A DNA stretch of 64,000 nucleotides from IMG/VR virus record IMGVR_UViG_3300021256_000057, positions 96,001-160,000 of that record; one strand, 5' to 3'. Positions 47,702-57,183 of this stretch are shown here, piece by piece. Position 1 is the first letter of the stretch. Every line of letters begins with the position of its first letter. The stretch comes from a virus. Its lineage: Duplodnaviria; Caudoviricetes. Under the pieces are notes generated by a model. That model searched no databases and was not told the DNA's origin. It saw only the letters and a program-made list of their open reading frames with translations. The position numbers and the translations under genes are program-made.

Positions 47702-48088
47702 TTACGAGTTCAGAAGTTTTAGCAACAAGCCGAGCATAAACGGCGCCCAAGCCAAAGCGGCCAATATCAATAGCTCATACCATTTGACATTGATCTTTTC
47801 CTTATATACGGACTCTGGCTCAGGAAATGGCTCCGGTTCTGTTTTTGGCATGTACTGTGCATCCTGGCAAATGCTCGTGTCTAATGGATTACAACCCGTA
47901 GCCTTGCAAATGTTCATGTCTAGTTTTTGTTGCGCCACAGCCCGGTCTATTGCAAGTTGTTGTTTTGCTGTTTCACGCGCAAAGTCCAAGTACGAATAGC
48001 TATCCGTGCATAACCTTTCGACAGTCATAAAGGGGACGCCGTCGGCATATAGGGTATGCTCTACATATCTAGCAACCATTGTCAACAC
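47702..48088 (-). CDS. Hypothetical protein with C-terminal TM; 5' context removed by IS607
   Basis: WYELLILAALAWAPFMLGLLL; begins at the IS right end. Confidence 0.55.
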   Translation of the reverse strand: MLTMVARYVEHTLYADGVPFMTVERLCTDSYSYLDFARETAKQQLAIDRAVAQQKLDMNICKATGCNPLDTSICQDAQYMPKTEPEPFPEPESVYKEKINVKWYELLILAALAWAPFMLGLLLKLLNS

Positions 48089-48251
48089 CGATACTGAAAA
48101 CTTACATAAAGCCTATAAATAGGACATTTAATGTTCCATTCCTGCTTCACCCTGTCTGATTTTGCCAAAAGGCTACTCTCATTTGGTGTGACAATCCACA
48201 GGCTTAAATTCCCGACTATCGAATCGGTACATAGCATAATATCGCTTGTTT

Positions 48252-49433
48252 TTAAACTACGATATTGCTTTTAGCGTAGTTTCTTAGATTTATGGCCGCT
48301 TGTAGATCTCTGTCTATGGTGTTGCCACATTCAGAGCATACATATATTCTATCAGATAGTTTCAAGTCTCTTTTGATGTTACCACAACATGAACATAATT
48401 TGCTTGATGGATAAAATCTGTCTGCTGTGATAAACTTGATGTTGCCCCACTCAGACTTGTACTTCATCTGCCGATATAGCTCATAAAAACTCTGCTCTTG
48501 CACTGCTTTTGCTAGATGCCGATTCTTCATCATTCCTACTACATTCAAGTCTTCCATAACAATGAACTTTGGTTTTCGGCTCACAATTTCGGTAGTTACT
48601 TGATGAAGATAGTTATGACGAATATTTGTCAGTTTTCTGGAAACGACAAGCAATGCCCTCTGTGCTTTTGTAATGTTGCTTGTTTTACAGTATCTTTCTC
48701 CTTTCTTGTTTTTAAGGTATTTCCTTGATACCCTACGCTGCAACCTGCGTTTCTTCTTAGTCAGTTTCTTGACCCTTTTCGACTTATTGATGTTCTTATA
48801 GGTACGACCATCAGAGCATATTGCGAGATCCTTGATACCAATATCTATGCCGATGCCATCGTTTTTAGGTAGCTCATTACATCCCTCGCACTCAACACCT
48901 ACTGATATCCACCAATTAAGACCATCAAATGTTATTCTTGGATTTGAATAATGTGCATCCACTGGTATCCTACCATGCTCTGCAAGTCTGATCCAATTCA
49001 ACGATTGCCGATTTGCTTTTCTGCTATCAGTTATCTTCTCAAGTTTCACATGAGTATCTGTAAATTTGATTTTTACATTATCCATGTAGAAACTAGGTCG
49101 AGATTTACGCTTACTCTTGAACTTTGGAAACTTTGCTCTGCCGGAAAAGAAGTTTTTGTATGCGGTACAAGCATCTTTAATAGCCTGTTTTGCTATATTG
49201 TTGCTGTACTCTTTTAGCCATTGATACTCTTCTGTCTGTTTCAACTGAGTGAAGATTCTCCTCAGATCACAATCGGATAGGAACTTGCCACCAGATTCAT
49301 AGTTTGATTTTTGATACCCCAAAGCCCAGTTATAGGCAAAGCGAGCTACACCAGCATTTTGAAACAGCCTAGTCCTCTGTTTGTTGTTTGGGCAAAGTTG
49401 GACTTTGAATGTCCGAATCATATGTATCATCAC
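48252..49433 (-). CDS. tnpB: TnpB RNA-guided nuclease (IS607 type), RuvC residues intact
   Basis: GIDIGIKD, VMEDL, YPSSKLCSCCG, CSECG, IDRDLQAAINL. Confidence 0.95.
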   Translation of the reverse strand: MMIHMIRTFKVQLCPNNKQRTRLFQNAGVARFAYNWALGYQKSNYESGGKFLSDCDLRRIFTQLKQTEEYQWLKEYSNNIAKQAIKDACTAYKNFFSGRAKFPKFKSKRKSRPSFYMDNVKIKFTDTHVKLEKITDSRKANRQSLNWIRLAEHGRIPVDAHYSNPRITFDGLNWWISVGVECEGCNELPKNDGIGIDIGIKDLAICSDGRTYKNINKSKRVKKLTKKKRRLQRRVSRKYLKNKKGERYCKTSNITKAQRALLVVSRKLTNIRHNYLHQVTTEIVSRKPKFIVMEDLNVVGMMKNRHLAKAVQEQSFYELYRQMKYKSEWGNIKFITADRFYPSSKLCSCCGNIKRDLKLSDRIYVCSECGNTIDRDLQAAINLRNYAKSNIVV

Positions 49434-50040
49434 CTACCAACTCTTTGATCATCTTCTTGGCTCTACCGGCTCTCTTACCTTGAAGTCTGCAACTGAAAAC
49501 AGTGATTATTTGAACAAGGTCTTCAACAAGCTCCTGCTGTTCTGATTTCTCTGTGTTATCAATTACTTCGATCTTACACCCATGAATCTCAGCAATGGAT
49601 TCAATTAGCTCAAACCCAAATCGGACAAGCCTATCTTTATACAAGACAACAACTTTATCTACCTCGTAAGAGCATATTTTTTGGATCAGAGTATTCAATC
49701 CCGACTTAGTGTAATTTATCCCGCTTCCGATGTCTGTGATTATTTCAAATGGATGCCCCTGTGCCATAAGATACATCTTCATGTTCTCAACTTGTCGTTC
49801 AAGATCATCCTTTTGTTTATAGCTAGATACACGACAATATCCGATCGTAGGCCGCAGTTTATCATTTCGTTCACCAACGATTTGATGTAGCTGCTCTTCT
49901 GAATAATACCGATACCCACTGTCAGACCTATGATGTGGGATAAGTTTTCCAGAGATCTCCCAGTTCCTCAATGTCTGAGAAGTTACACCGATTATTTTAG
50001 CGAACTTGTTTATAGGATAATACCTTTCCATGATCATCAC
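49369..50040 (-). CDS. tnpA: IS607 transposase (MerR-like HTH + serine recombinase)
   Basis: GVTSQTLRNWE, GYCRVSS..QKDDLERQ, DIGSGIN, YKDRLVRFGF, FSCRLQGKR. Confidence 0.95.
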   Translation of the reverse strand: MMIMERYYPINKFAKIIGVTSQTLRNWEISGKLIPHHRSDSGYRYYSEEQLHQIVGERNDKLRPTIGYCRVSSYKQKDDLERQVENMKMYLMAQGHPFEIITDIGSGINYTKSGLNTLIQKICSYEVDKVVVLYKDRLVRFGFELIESIAEIHGCKIEVIDNTEKSEQQELVEDLVQIITVFSCRLQGKRAGRAKKMIKELVGDDTYDSDIQSPTLPKQQTED

Positions 50041-50100
50041 CTCAGCTATATATAAGGTTAGAAAATCATGGGATATTATAAAGGATTTGTAATCTTTATA

Positions 50101-50916
50101 TTAACTGTTAATTACCTCCTCGCCCTTCTTATAGTTCTCGATAGCCCTATTGATATACAGTTTAGCCATCTCGAGATCCTGAATGGGCTTACCATTGTTA
50201 CGGTAGCGGCAGATATACTTGATAGCGTTGCCGATCGCATAAGCCTCGTCACCTGGCAGATCACAGATTACGGCCTCTATAATATCAATGACCTCCATAC
50301 CGCTGCGCGTCTTGTAGTGGGACTGATGGTTGACGAGATCGTTGTCACAGTTCTTAATAATCTGCATGGTGTCGAAATAAAATGTTTCAACGTCGCCTTT
50401 CCTGATTTTTTCAAGCTGGCGTACAATCTTGGGCTCGTGGTTATCAGTCATACGCTTATCGAAAACCCGATCACTTTTGATCTTCTGTACCCGTCCCCAA
50501 ATATAGGGAACAGCGTCATTCATAAATTTCTTGATTCGCTGCCCTCTCGATAGCTCTTCAGTAGAGATCCGGCTAGTTCCATTGGAAAGGGTATACTCCG
50601 CGACCAATACGCCATCGTTAAGCATTTTGATAAACTGCCTAAAAGACACGGTCAAAATATTCCCAAACCCCCCGTACATGACGAGAATGGTAACTTCGAG
50701 ATCGATAGTGGCTTGAAGGATACGATCGCGCCACTCCCCTCCGTATCCGGCGCTATCCCAGATTATAGCCCAAATATCCTCGAGGCTCTTATTCGTCTGT
50801 AACGTGTCAAAGGGCCAGATCTCTATATCGCTACCATCGCAAGCACACTTCCACACGAGACCCTCCGCAGGACACGAGCCATAATACAATTCTGTCATAT
50901 TCCTTTCTCCTTTCAA
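50101..50916 (-). CDS. Hypothetical N-terminal domain (paralogue of 46645) fused to DUF3310
   Basis: YYGSCPAEGLVWK...IWPFD; VNHQSHY...EVIDII...GNAIKYICR...DLEMAKLY. Confidence 0.75.
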   Translation of the reverse strand: MKGERNMTELYYGSCPAEGLVWKCACDGSDIEIWPFDTLQTNKSLEDIWAIIWDSAGYGGEWRDRILQATIDLEVTILVMYGGFGNILTVSFRQFIKMLNDGVLVAEYTLSNGTSRISTEELSRGQRIKKFMNDAVPYIWGRVQKIKSDRVFDKRMTDNHEPKIVRQLEKIRKGDVETFYFDTMQIIKNCDNDLVNHQSHYKTRSGMEVIDIIEAVICDLPGDEAYAIGNAIKYICRYRNNGKPIQDLEMAKLYINRAIENYKKGEEVINS

Positions 50917-50921
50917 ACATA

Positions 50922-51284
50922 TCAGTCTTCGAGTATTGCTTCTTCGACTTCAAGGTACATGGCAAGATAACTGTGTTCTGAGATCATCTCGGCTCTTTCT
51001 TTTTCAGCGCCATCTTTAGTACGATGTATGCCGTAAATTCGCGAACCATCATAGTTGTCTTTGATCCATAGAATGTAAACTGACCCACTGTCAGAATAGA
51101 TCGGCCCTTTACCTTCTTTTGCATCTTCCGTCCAGTCAGTAAGCTGCCGGAGGATATTTCTGAAGTGTCTAAGAGCTAGTTCCTTGATCGATGCACCAGA
51201 GGTATAGAACCAAGCATCTTTCTTGAGCTGCTCACGCTCACGCTGCACAAGGTTCATTACATCTTTTAGTTTAATATATTTCAT
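50922..51284 (-). CDS. Hypothetical protein
   Basis: RBS AGGAG. Confidence 0.6.
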   Translation of the reverse strand: MKYIKLKDVMNLVQREREQLKKDAWFYTSGASIKELALRHFRNILRQLTDWTEDAKEGKGPIYSDSGSVYILWIKDNYDGSRIYGIHRTKDGAEKERAEMISEHSYLAMYLEVEEAILED

Positions 51285-51303
51285 GATCGCATCTCCTATT
51301 GTT

Positions 51304-51909
51304 TTAGTGATTCACATCAAAGTGGCGCGCTTGTTTACTTGCATGATTTGTTGTGAATGTAACAGCATCTCCGACGTCAAAGCCATACCACATATCTGCA
51401 TCTACCTCATACTTATCGCCGTCAACAACTATGTACAGATGCTCGTTGAGGTCATTTGAAATCTCATTTGCATTGTCTCTTTCAGGCCAGTAAGGTACTT
51501 TATCCGTGCCAGATGCTTCAGCATTGCCGATGCTCCTGCTCCATGACATCTCGGAGATACTTCCAGATACTTTGTACGGACAAAATAGGTAAACCAGTCC
51601 AACCAATGCAGCGCATAACAAAAGCCGCTTAATTGGCATGAAATCTACAGGCTTTTTTGTGGTATCCATATCCACATCGATGTCAATGCTATACTGTACA
51701 TGAGGATCTCTTCCGATGTTACACTTCATGCAGTACATGTCGGCAGACCAATTGAACTGACCACACCGAGTACATACCCAGGCACATGGATCAGACTGCT
51801 CTGGTGATTCATACATTGATGTATCTCTGTACTGGTCGCATCTCGGGCATTGAAGAACCTCGATCGGGATACCGCTTCTTCCGCATTTACAAGTCCAATG
51901 GAATGACAT
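51304..51909 (-). CDS. Zn-ribbon (RanBP2-like WxC..C) plus single-TM membrane protein
   Basis: WTCKCG...CPRC, WVCTRCG...CMKC; LLLCAALVGLVYLF. Confidence 0.65.
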   Translation of the reverse strand: MSFHWTCKCGRSGIPIEVLQCPRCDQYRDTSMYESPEQSDPCAWVCTRCGQFNWSADMYCMKCNIGRDPHVQYSIDIDVDMDTTKKPVDFMPIKRLLLCAALVGLVYLFCPYKVSGSISEMSWSRSIGNAEASGTDKVPYWPERDNANEISNDLNEHLYIVVDGDKYEVDADMWYGFDVGDAVTFTTNHASKQARHFDVNH

Positions 51910-52481
51910 TACCGTTCACCAGCCTTCTTTACAGTTTTTCCGTAGATGAAGAAATACATTGTATTGTCTATCATGTTTCCTATGGTAGCTATCACTATCA
52001 TAACATGGAAATCAAGGGATAGGTATATCGCTATCAATGATCCTATGATAGTAGCCGCCGCGGCAGCAGAATTATCTCTATTGTCAAAAGAATTCCTGCT
52101 ATCTTCCGTAGTGTATCTCCGTGCCTTTAGTTTGATATATCCACAAATGATGTTACGAGTGATCAGAGCAAAGAACAGAGTGTCCAAAATATAGTAGGCT
52201 CTGACATCATCGGTTATCAGTATTACAGATGTAGCAATGATGGTCGTTAGAGATTCAACTATGCAAATCACAGGGAAAAATCGAAACAGCGTGTCACCCA
52301 CTCTATTCCATGCTGCACTGAATACGATGATGGAAACACAATTGACGATCTGCTGAGTAGCTATGTAGCTCTCTGGAATGATAGATATGATGTATTTATT
52401 GATATATGGCCATGTTGCAGAGTAGAACAGAGTGGTTAGGAACGTTGCAAGTATCATGCCATCAATTTTTACCTTCTTCAT
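51909..52481 (-). CDS. Polytopic membrane protein (half-MFS-like, about 6 TM)
   Basis: Alternating hydrophobic segments. Confidence 0.6.
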   Translation of the reverse strand: MKKVKIDGMILATFLTTLFYSATWPYINKYIISIIPESYIATQQIVNCVSIIVFSAAWNRVGDTLFRFFPVICIVESLTTIIATSVILITDDVRAYYILDTLFFALITRNIICGYIKLKARRYTTEDSRNSFDNRDNSAAAAATIIGSLIAIYLSLDFHVMIVIATIGNMIDNTMYFFIYGKTVKKAGER

Positions 52482-52686
52482 TGGATTCTCCTAACCACTT
52501 GATGTAGCACTCTGGGTGCATATTTGCTCCGTTTGTAAGATGCACATACTCCTCTGTGCTGATGTTCTTGTTACAGTAAGTACATGTTCGTTCTTCTGAG
52601 GATGCAACATAAAACATCAAGCAGACCAGTATTGTTAAAACAAATGCCATAATTGCACACTTGATGATTTCACCATGCTTGTTCAC
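52462..52686 (-). CDS. Small membrane-anchored Zn-finger protein
   Basis: N-terminal TM, CTYC...HPEC. Confidence 0.55.
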   Translation of the reverse strand: MNKHGEIIKCAIMAFVLTILVCLMFYVASSEERTCTYCNKNISTEEYVHLTNGANMHPECYIKWLGESNEEGKN

Positions 52687-52713
52687 GTTCTCACCCCCAA
52701 TTATAACGATTAC

Positions 52714-53580
52714 TCATCCATTGTTTACATCGATTCCGGTGATCTCTTTGAATATCTCTGCATCAAAATTAGGTAGAGCTGTTACCATCTGCTTTTGCAT
52801 ATCTGTAAATTTATTCCACATATTACGAAATGCAGTCTTATAATCATAAGACTTTAGATATCCACCCATTGCTACATACTCAGGATGCTCCTGTTTTTCT
52901 TTCCTTGTCATTCTGCTTTCAACAACCCATTCACTCAAATGAAAATTTCTTCGTAGTACCCTATACCCAGGCAATTTCTGAAACTCCGAGTGAGTCATGC
53001 TCGTTGGCTTATTGAATACAAACAAAGGTGCTTCTTCAGTGTTGAAGTATCCAGAAGAATAATCAGTGGAGTTGAAATCACCGCTGTTCCAATCACCGCT
53101 GTTGCAATCACCGCTATTGCGATAACCGCTGTTGTAAAAACCGCTGTTGTAATCACCACTGTTTTTATTGCCGCTATTGGAAAGGCCACTGTTGAAATCG
53201 CCGCTGTTGAGATCACCACGGTTATAATTACCGCTGTTGGAAAAACCTCTGTTGCGATAACCCGTACATGCTTTACTTGTATTTACCAAATCCAGCACTT
53301 CATACCACGACATCTCTTTTAATATCGTGATAACATCAGTTGCACATATACCATCGGATTCTGCAATAGTCCCAGAAGCCTCGATCACAGCGACTTTGTT
53401 TTCTGGATCAAACTTATCGTAGTCGAAGCAATCAGATAGTTTTTTACAAAAGTGAAACCCACGCACACAAATCTGAAGATCGCCATCCAAAATATAGGTC
53501 TTACCTACTTCGTATTGAAATCCACTGCACGTCCAATCTGGATTGAATACTTTGTACCCGATTACGCCCATATAGTTCAC
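52714..53580 (-). CDS. Pentapeptide-repeat phage protein
   Basis: GYKVFNPDWTC.GFQYEVGK, GFHFC; about 13 NSGxx repeats (15-bp DNA repeats ~53070-53260). Confidence 0.85.
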   Translation of the reverse strand: MNYMGVIGYKVFNPDWTCSGFQYEVGKTYILDGDLQICVRGFHFCKKLSDCFDYDKFDPENKVAVIEASGTIAESDGICATDVITILKEMSWYEVLDLVNTSKACTGYRNRGFSNSGNYNRGDLNSGDFNSGLSNSGNKNSGDYNSGFYNSGYRNSGDCNSGDWNSGDFNSTDYSSGYFNTEEAPLFVFNKPTSMTHSEFQKLPGYRVLRRNFHLSEWVVESRMTRKEKQEHPEYVAMGGYLKSYDYKTAFRNMWNKFTDMQKQMVTALPNFDAEIFKEITGIDVNNG

Positions 53581-53591
53581 CCTTTCATTGA

Positions 53592-54026
53592 TTATGACTC
53601 TTCAACTGGTACTGCACTGTCAAGATCGATATGAAACTCACCACCATCGATATGCGCTTCAAAGGACTTCCAGTTTTTAGTATCAGTAGCATACTTAACT
53701 ACTACGGCTTGTGGAAATGTGAGTTCCACACGACCGGCAACAAAACCAATACCGTGGGCATGGTTTTCTACCTTAAAAGAGAACTTCTGGTTTTCATCGT
53801 ATCTTTCACCATCAATGATGATATGAAAACCGTTTGAAATGCTCCTCCAAGAAACAACATCCCTATTACCATACATGTCAAATACATTTGAATCCTTAGC
53901 ATATTTGTAGCTGCCGTAGTGAATGCTGTACTCATCATCAGGGTCATTATTACTAATGACTAGACGAGTGTCATCGCAAAACCCCTCTTGGAGTTTGAGC
54001 ATTTTGATCAGATCATTGAGTGTCAT
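53592..54026 (-). CDS. Hypothetical protein, tandem paralogue B
   Basis: MTLNDLIKMLKL...GSY..A...MYG.R.V..W...QKF.FKV...AGRV.LT..QA..V.YAT...NW. Confidence 0.72.
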   Translation of the reverse strand: MTLNDLIKMLKLQEGFCDDTRLVISNNDPDDEYSIHYGSYKYAKDSNVFDMYGNRDVVSWRSISNGFHIIIDGERYDENQKFSFKVENHAHGIGFVAGRVELTFPQAVVVKYATDTKNWKSFEAHIDGGEFHIDLDSAVPVEES

Positions 54027-54046
54027 ATTAAAACCATCCTATCAAT

Positions 54047-54499
54047 TCAATCTTCTACTGGTTCTGCGCTTTTGATGTCGATGCCAAAAACTGGGGTGTC
54101 ATACGAATCATCCTCGTAATCTAGCCAATTCTCTGAATTTGTAGCATAATCTACCGCCAATGCCTGATCCATTGTCAGTTTTACTCGACCCGCTGCATAT
54201 CCCTCACAAGATCCGATTGATACCTTGAAGTAAAACTTCTGATCGGGCTTATAACGATCCCCCTCTATGCCGATACGAACACCATCTGCAGTGTCCTCCC
54301 AAATCGATACATTCCGCGTCCCATACATAACAAAAAGGCTTGTTCTCCTAGCATCGGCATAGCTACCATCGAAAATGTTGCCTTTTCCGTCAAAGTTCAT
54401 CAGGTAAACAATCAGCGAAGTTTTAAAATCAAACCCCTTCATGAGCTTGAGCATTTCGATCAGATCATTGAGTGTCATTTCCATTTTCCTCCTATCCAT
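54047..54499 (-). CDS. Hypothetical protein, tandem paralogue A
   Basis: MTLNDLIEMLKL...same motif series; ACTCGTTATA at 54514. Confidence 0.72.
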   Translation of the reverse strand: MDRRKMEMTLNDLIEMLKLMKGFDFKTSLIVYLMNFDGKGNIFDGSYADARRTSLFVMYGTRNVSIWEDTADGVRIGIEGDRYKPDQKFYFKVSIGSCEGYAAGRVKLTMDQALAVDYATNSENWLDYEDDSYDTPVFGIDIKSAEPVED

Positions 54500-54539
54500 G
54501 TTTTGTTGTTATGTATAACGAGTTGTCACACATAAGATG

Positions 54540-54857
54540 TCAGATGGAGTACACAACTTTCCCCCAGCGCATGGACTCGGGGAAATACTCGCACCAGGAC
54601 TTCTTCGGGTGCGACATACACCTACAAGTACCTGCATACCCATTAAGGCAGGTGTAATCGTTGTAGAACACACGTCCACCGACGGCCACGAAGTCTGGTG
54701 TATCCCGGTTATCCTTGATATCATCAAACTTCTCCATAGACATCTCGACTGCTTCGTACTCAAACGGCCCCATACCGTTACAATACGCCTTGATCTTCAT
54801 AGTCTTCTCCATTTCTCCCCGTCTTGCCGATAGGTCAGCGGCTATGCTTAATTTCAA
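54540..54857 (-). CDS. Hypothetical protein
   Basis: ORF in early operon; RBS GGGGAG before an internal Met. Confidence 0.5.
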   Translation of the reverse strand: MKLSIAADLSARRGEMEKTMKIKAYCNGMGPFEYEAVEMSMEKFDDIKDNRDTPDFVAVGGRVFYNDYTCLNGYAGTCRCMSHPKKSWCEYFPESMRWGKVVYSI

Positions 54858-55234
54858 TCTTCCCAGTATTCTGGTGGCACTAACTCCTGCCCGTACAGGT
54901 TATACCATCTTCCGCATCGACGGCATTGACACGCTCCCATATACTCATCCGTAAGATACACGATTTCACCGCAGGAACAAGTACCATGAGCTGGTTCGAT
55001 GATCGTTCTTGTCCATCTCTTCACTACGTTGTATTCTGCATGGTAAAGCTCTGGATGCTCCATAGCATACATGTAATTGAGCCTTGCCGCTTCACATGCA
55101 AATTTTGGAGTTCCGTTCTCATCGCAGTCAAAACAGAAGCCAGCGCCCTCCTCGTTTGTGAAGTCGATGGACCTCTCCTCAATCTCAACAGGATGCCTTT
55201 GGATTATGTTTTTTAGCATGACATTCCACCTCAT
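54854..55234 (-). CDS. Hypothetical protein with C-terminal Zn ribbon
   Basis: GTCSCG...CQCRRCGRWYN..GQEL..PEYWE. Confidence 0.65.
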   Translation of the reverse strand: MRWNVMLKNIIQRHPVEIEERSIDFTNEEGAGFCFDCDENGTPKFACEAARLNYMYAMEHPELYHAEYNVVKRWTRTIIEPAHGTCSCGEIVYLTDEYMGACQCRRCGRWYNLYGQELVPPEYWED

Positions 55235-55270
55235 TTTCTAGTAGCGCAGTGATCAGAGCTGATATTACAT

Positions 55271-55609
55271 TTAGAAAGTCGTCCAATCAATAAGCCCAAG
55301 GTTATCCATTGTCGACTCATAGCACTCACGCGCAATCTTATAATCGTTAAATGCAGAGTGTACGTCAAGCTGTGCAGGTCTCTCTTCTTCACGAAAGGCA
55401 TCAAGCATGGCATCAAGTTCCGCCTTGGAAGCCCCCTCGTTCTTTCGACGCTCATACAGGCTTTGGTGATGGTCGCACATCTTTGCATATACATCGGAGG
55501 CCTTCTGCCAAGCGTCATAATACTTCTTCCCTTCGGTCTTAATGAACTCAGTGGAAATATCTCCCCAGTTAATTGCATTATTCTTCTTCATAACATACGC
55601 CCCTTTCAA
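55271..55609 (-). CDS. Hypothetical coiled-coil protein
   Basis: First gene after promoter module copy 3. Confidence 0.6.
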   Translation of the reverse strand: MKGAYVMKKNNAINWGDISTEFIKTEGKKYYDAWQKASDVYAKMCDHHQSLYERRKNEGASKAELDAMLDAFREEERPAQLDVHSAFNDYKIARECYESTMDNLGLIDWTTF

Positions 55610-55611
55610 TA

Positions 55612-55755
55612 TGATACTTGGTTATTCATATCCTTTACTATATTGTACCACAAACAAAGTCATTTGTCAACGTCTCAAACTCATTTGATGTGCTTTTTGC
55701 AGAAGTTTGTATGATTACACAAATAGCATCATTTGATATTGTGAATTATGTCAAT
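55612..55755 (-). repeat. Repeated early-promoter module, copy 3 (more diverged)
   Basis: TTGGTTAT, CATTTGTCAA, CATTTGA, ATCATTTGATATT; minus-strand TTGACA-17-TACAAT. Confidence 0.65.
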
Positions 55756-55819
55756 TGTATATCATTTGATTTGCATGGGTAGATAATTTCACACTATCCA
55801 CCCATGCGAATACCAATGA

Positions 55820-56680
55820 TCATTCAGTGCTGAGTACCTTGAGTCCATACGCTCTGCTCATGGGGACAACGTAATCGAACTCAGGTCCCTCGAATACGAA
55901 GAGGGTATCGCCAGTAGTCTTGTTGACACGCTGCTCACCAAAGTAGCAAGCTGCTGTACCATCATCCATCTTGACGGTGATGCACTCATACTGGTTGCTA
56001 ATGACATCACCGAAGACAGGATCATCATGATAGTGTTCCGGCATAAATACCGACTTATACGGTGCAAGTACCACACGGAGCTGGTCGATGATTTTATCCT
56101 CCTTGGTCATGAGACGCTTTCCGAGCTTCTCGTTGCTCAGGATCTTATCCACATAGGCAAGCGCATCGTTGTCAAGATCAGCGATCATCTTCCAGAACGG
56201 GCCTACATTCTTCTTGCGGATGCAGATGTCAAGGAAATCATACTCATCGCCGATGTAGGTCTGGAACAGGTCTACCTCGCTATTGCCACCGCTGACGATG
56301 TTGCTGATCTCGTTCTCTACAGGCTCCTGGTCACGCTTGATCTTACGAACATCAGCGTATGCATTGGAGATGATACGGCGCATATACCTCTCATTGTATG
56401 CTTTCTTAGACGGCTTGTTTACAAACCTAGTAAATGTCTTGAACAGCTCGTTGATGCACATTGCAGCATCCATCCAGAACGCACCGCTGTCCATGGTCTT
56501 TACGATCTCATTATACACAACATCGTAGAAATTGACAAAAAGAGCCGCCTGACGGAGGTCGATGGGGAGCTTGAGCCAGCTCTCATAGTCGAGCGGATAA
56601 GTAGCACCTGCCGCGGTAGTGGCAGCGTAGTAGCGCTTCTTAGTTTCATTAAACTGAGTGAGGTCTAGATACGGTTTCAT
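55820..56680 (-). CDS. Putative phage sigma-factor-like protein
   Basis: ALFVNFYDVV...CINELF...YMRRIISNAYADVRK resembles sigma70 region 2; weak support. Confidence 0.4.
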   Translation of the reverse strand: MKPYLDLTQFNETKKRYYAATTAAGATYPLDYESWLKLPIDLRQAALFVNFYDVVYNEIVKTMDSGAFWMDAAMCINELFKTFTRFVNKPSKKAYNERYMRRIISNAYADVRKIKRDQEPVENEISNIVSGGNSEVDLFQTYIGDEYDFLDICIRKKNVGPFWKMIADLDNDALAYVDKILSNEKLGKRLMTKEDKIIDQLRVVLAPYKSVFMPEHYHDDPVFGDVISNQYECITVKMDDGTAACYFGEQRVNKTTGDTLFVFEGPEFDYVVPMSRAYGLKVLSTE

Positions 56681-56806
56681 TGTATTACTTCCTTTCTTTA
56701 TATATGTGATTGGCGGATCTCAATTTATATAACGAGTGATGTGTTCAAATAATCTTTGTTCACTATACTCGTTATAGTATGCAAGATACACTCGTTGCAG
56801 TTAAAT

Positions 56807-56940
56807 TACACGTCTTGCCGTGTATCTTGATTATATTATACACGGTTTGTCGTGTAATGTCAATCGTCAAAGCGCTAAAATATTTACACGGATTTTAGTG
56901 TAATATCTACATTGACAAACGTGTAATAATATGTTATACT
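56807..56940. promoter_or_regulatory. Divergent sigma70 promoters overlapped by four TACACG-N6-CGTGTA operators
   Basis: Leftward TTGACA-17-TATAAT (56835-63); rightward TTGACA-17-TATACT (56912-40); operators 56807-24, 56839-56, 56885-902, 56908-25. Confidence 0.85.
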
Positions 56941-56969
56941 ATATATATCTTTATTTATGGAGGGATACT

Positions 56970-57176
56970 ATGCCTATCAAGTACAAAAAGGACATTCTTG
57001 CAGAACTTAAAAAGGCCGGATATAATACGAATCGTATCAGAAAAGAGAAACTGTTATCAGAGAGCACACTTCAATATCTTAGAAGTGGTAAAATGATCTC
57101 TATTGATGCCGTTGGGAAGATATGTGGCCTGCTGCACTGCCAACCCGGAGATTTAATTGAATATTCAGAGGAATAA
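56970..57176 (+). CDS. Cro/C1-type HTH (YozG/HTH_26-like) regulator
   Basis: LSESTLQYLRSGK...KICGLLHCQPGDLIEY; RBS GGAGGG. Confidence 0.88.
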   Translation: MPIKYKKDILAELKKAGYNTNRIRKEKLLSESTLQYLRSGKMISIDAVGKICGLLHCQPGDLIEYSEE

Positions 57177-57183
57177 ACTAATT

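Larger units (their letters stand above)
48088..50114 (-). mobile_element. IS607-family insertion sequence
   Basis: Serine-recombinase tnpA + tnpB; right end ...TAAGTTTTCAGTATCGG (GG at 48088-89); nearest upstream GG at 50115-16 (left end less certain). Confidence 0.82.

Noticed and set aside
48088-50116. IStron (group I intron-IS607 hybrid), since excision restores a reading frame
   Set aside because: Only about 75 nt separate the left junction from tnpA, too little for a group I core. The same applies to the IS605 element (about 80 nt).
53070-53260. CRISPR array or DGR-like repeats
   Set aside because: These are 15-bp in-frame coding repeats (NSGxx pentapeptides) with no spacers, cas genes or reverse transcriptase.
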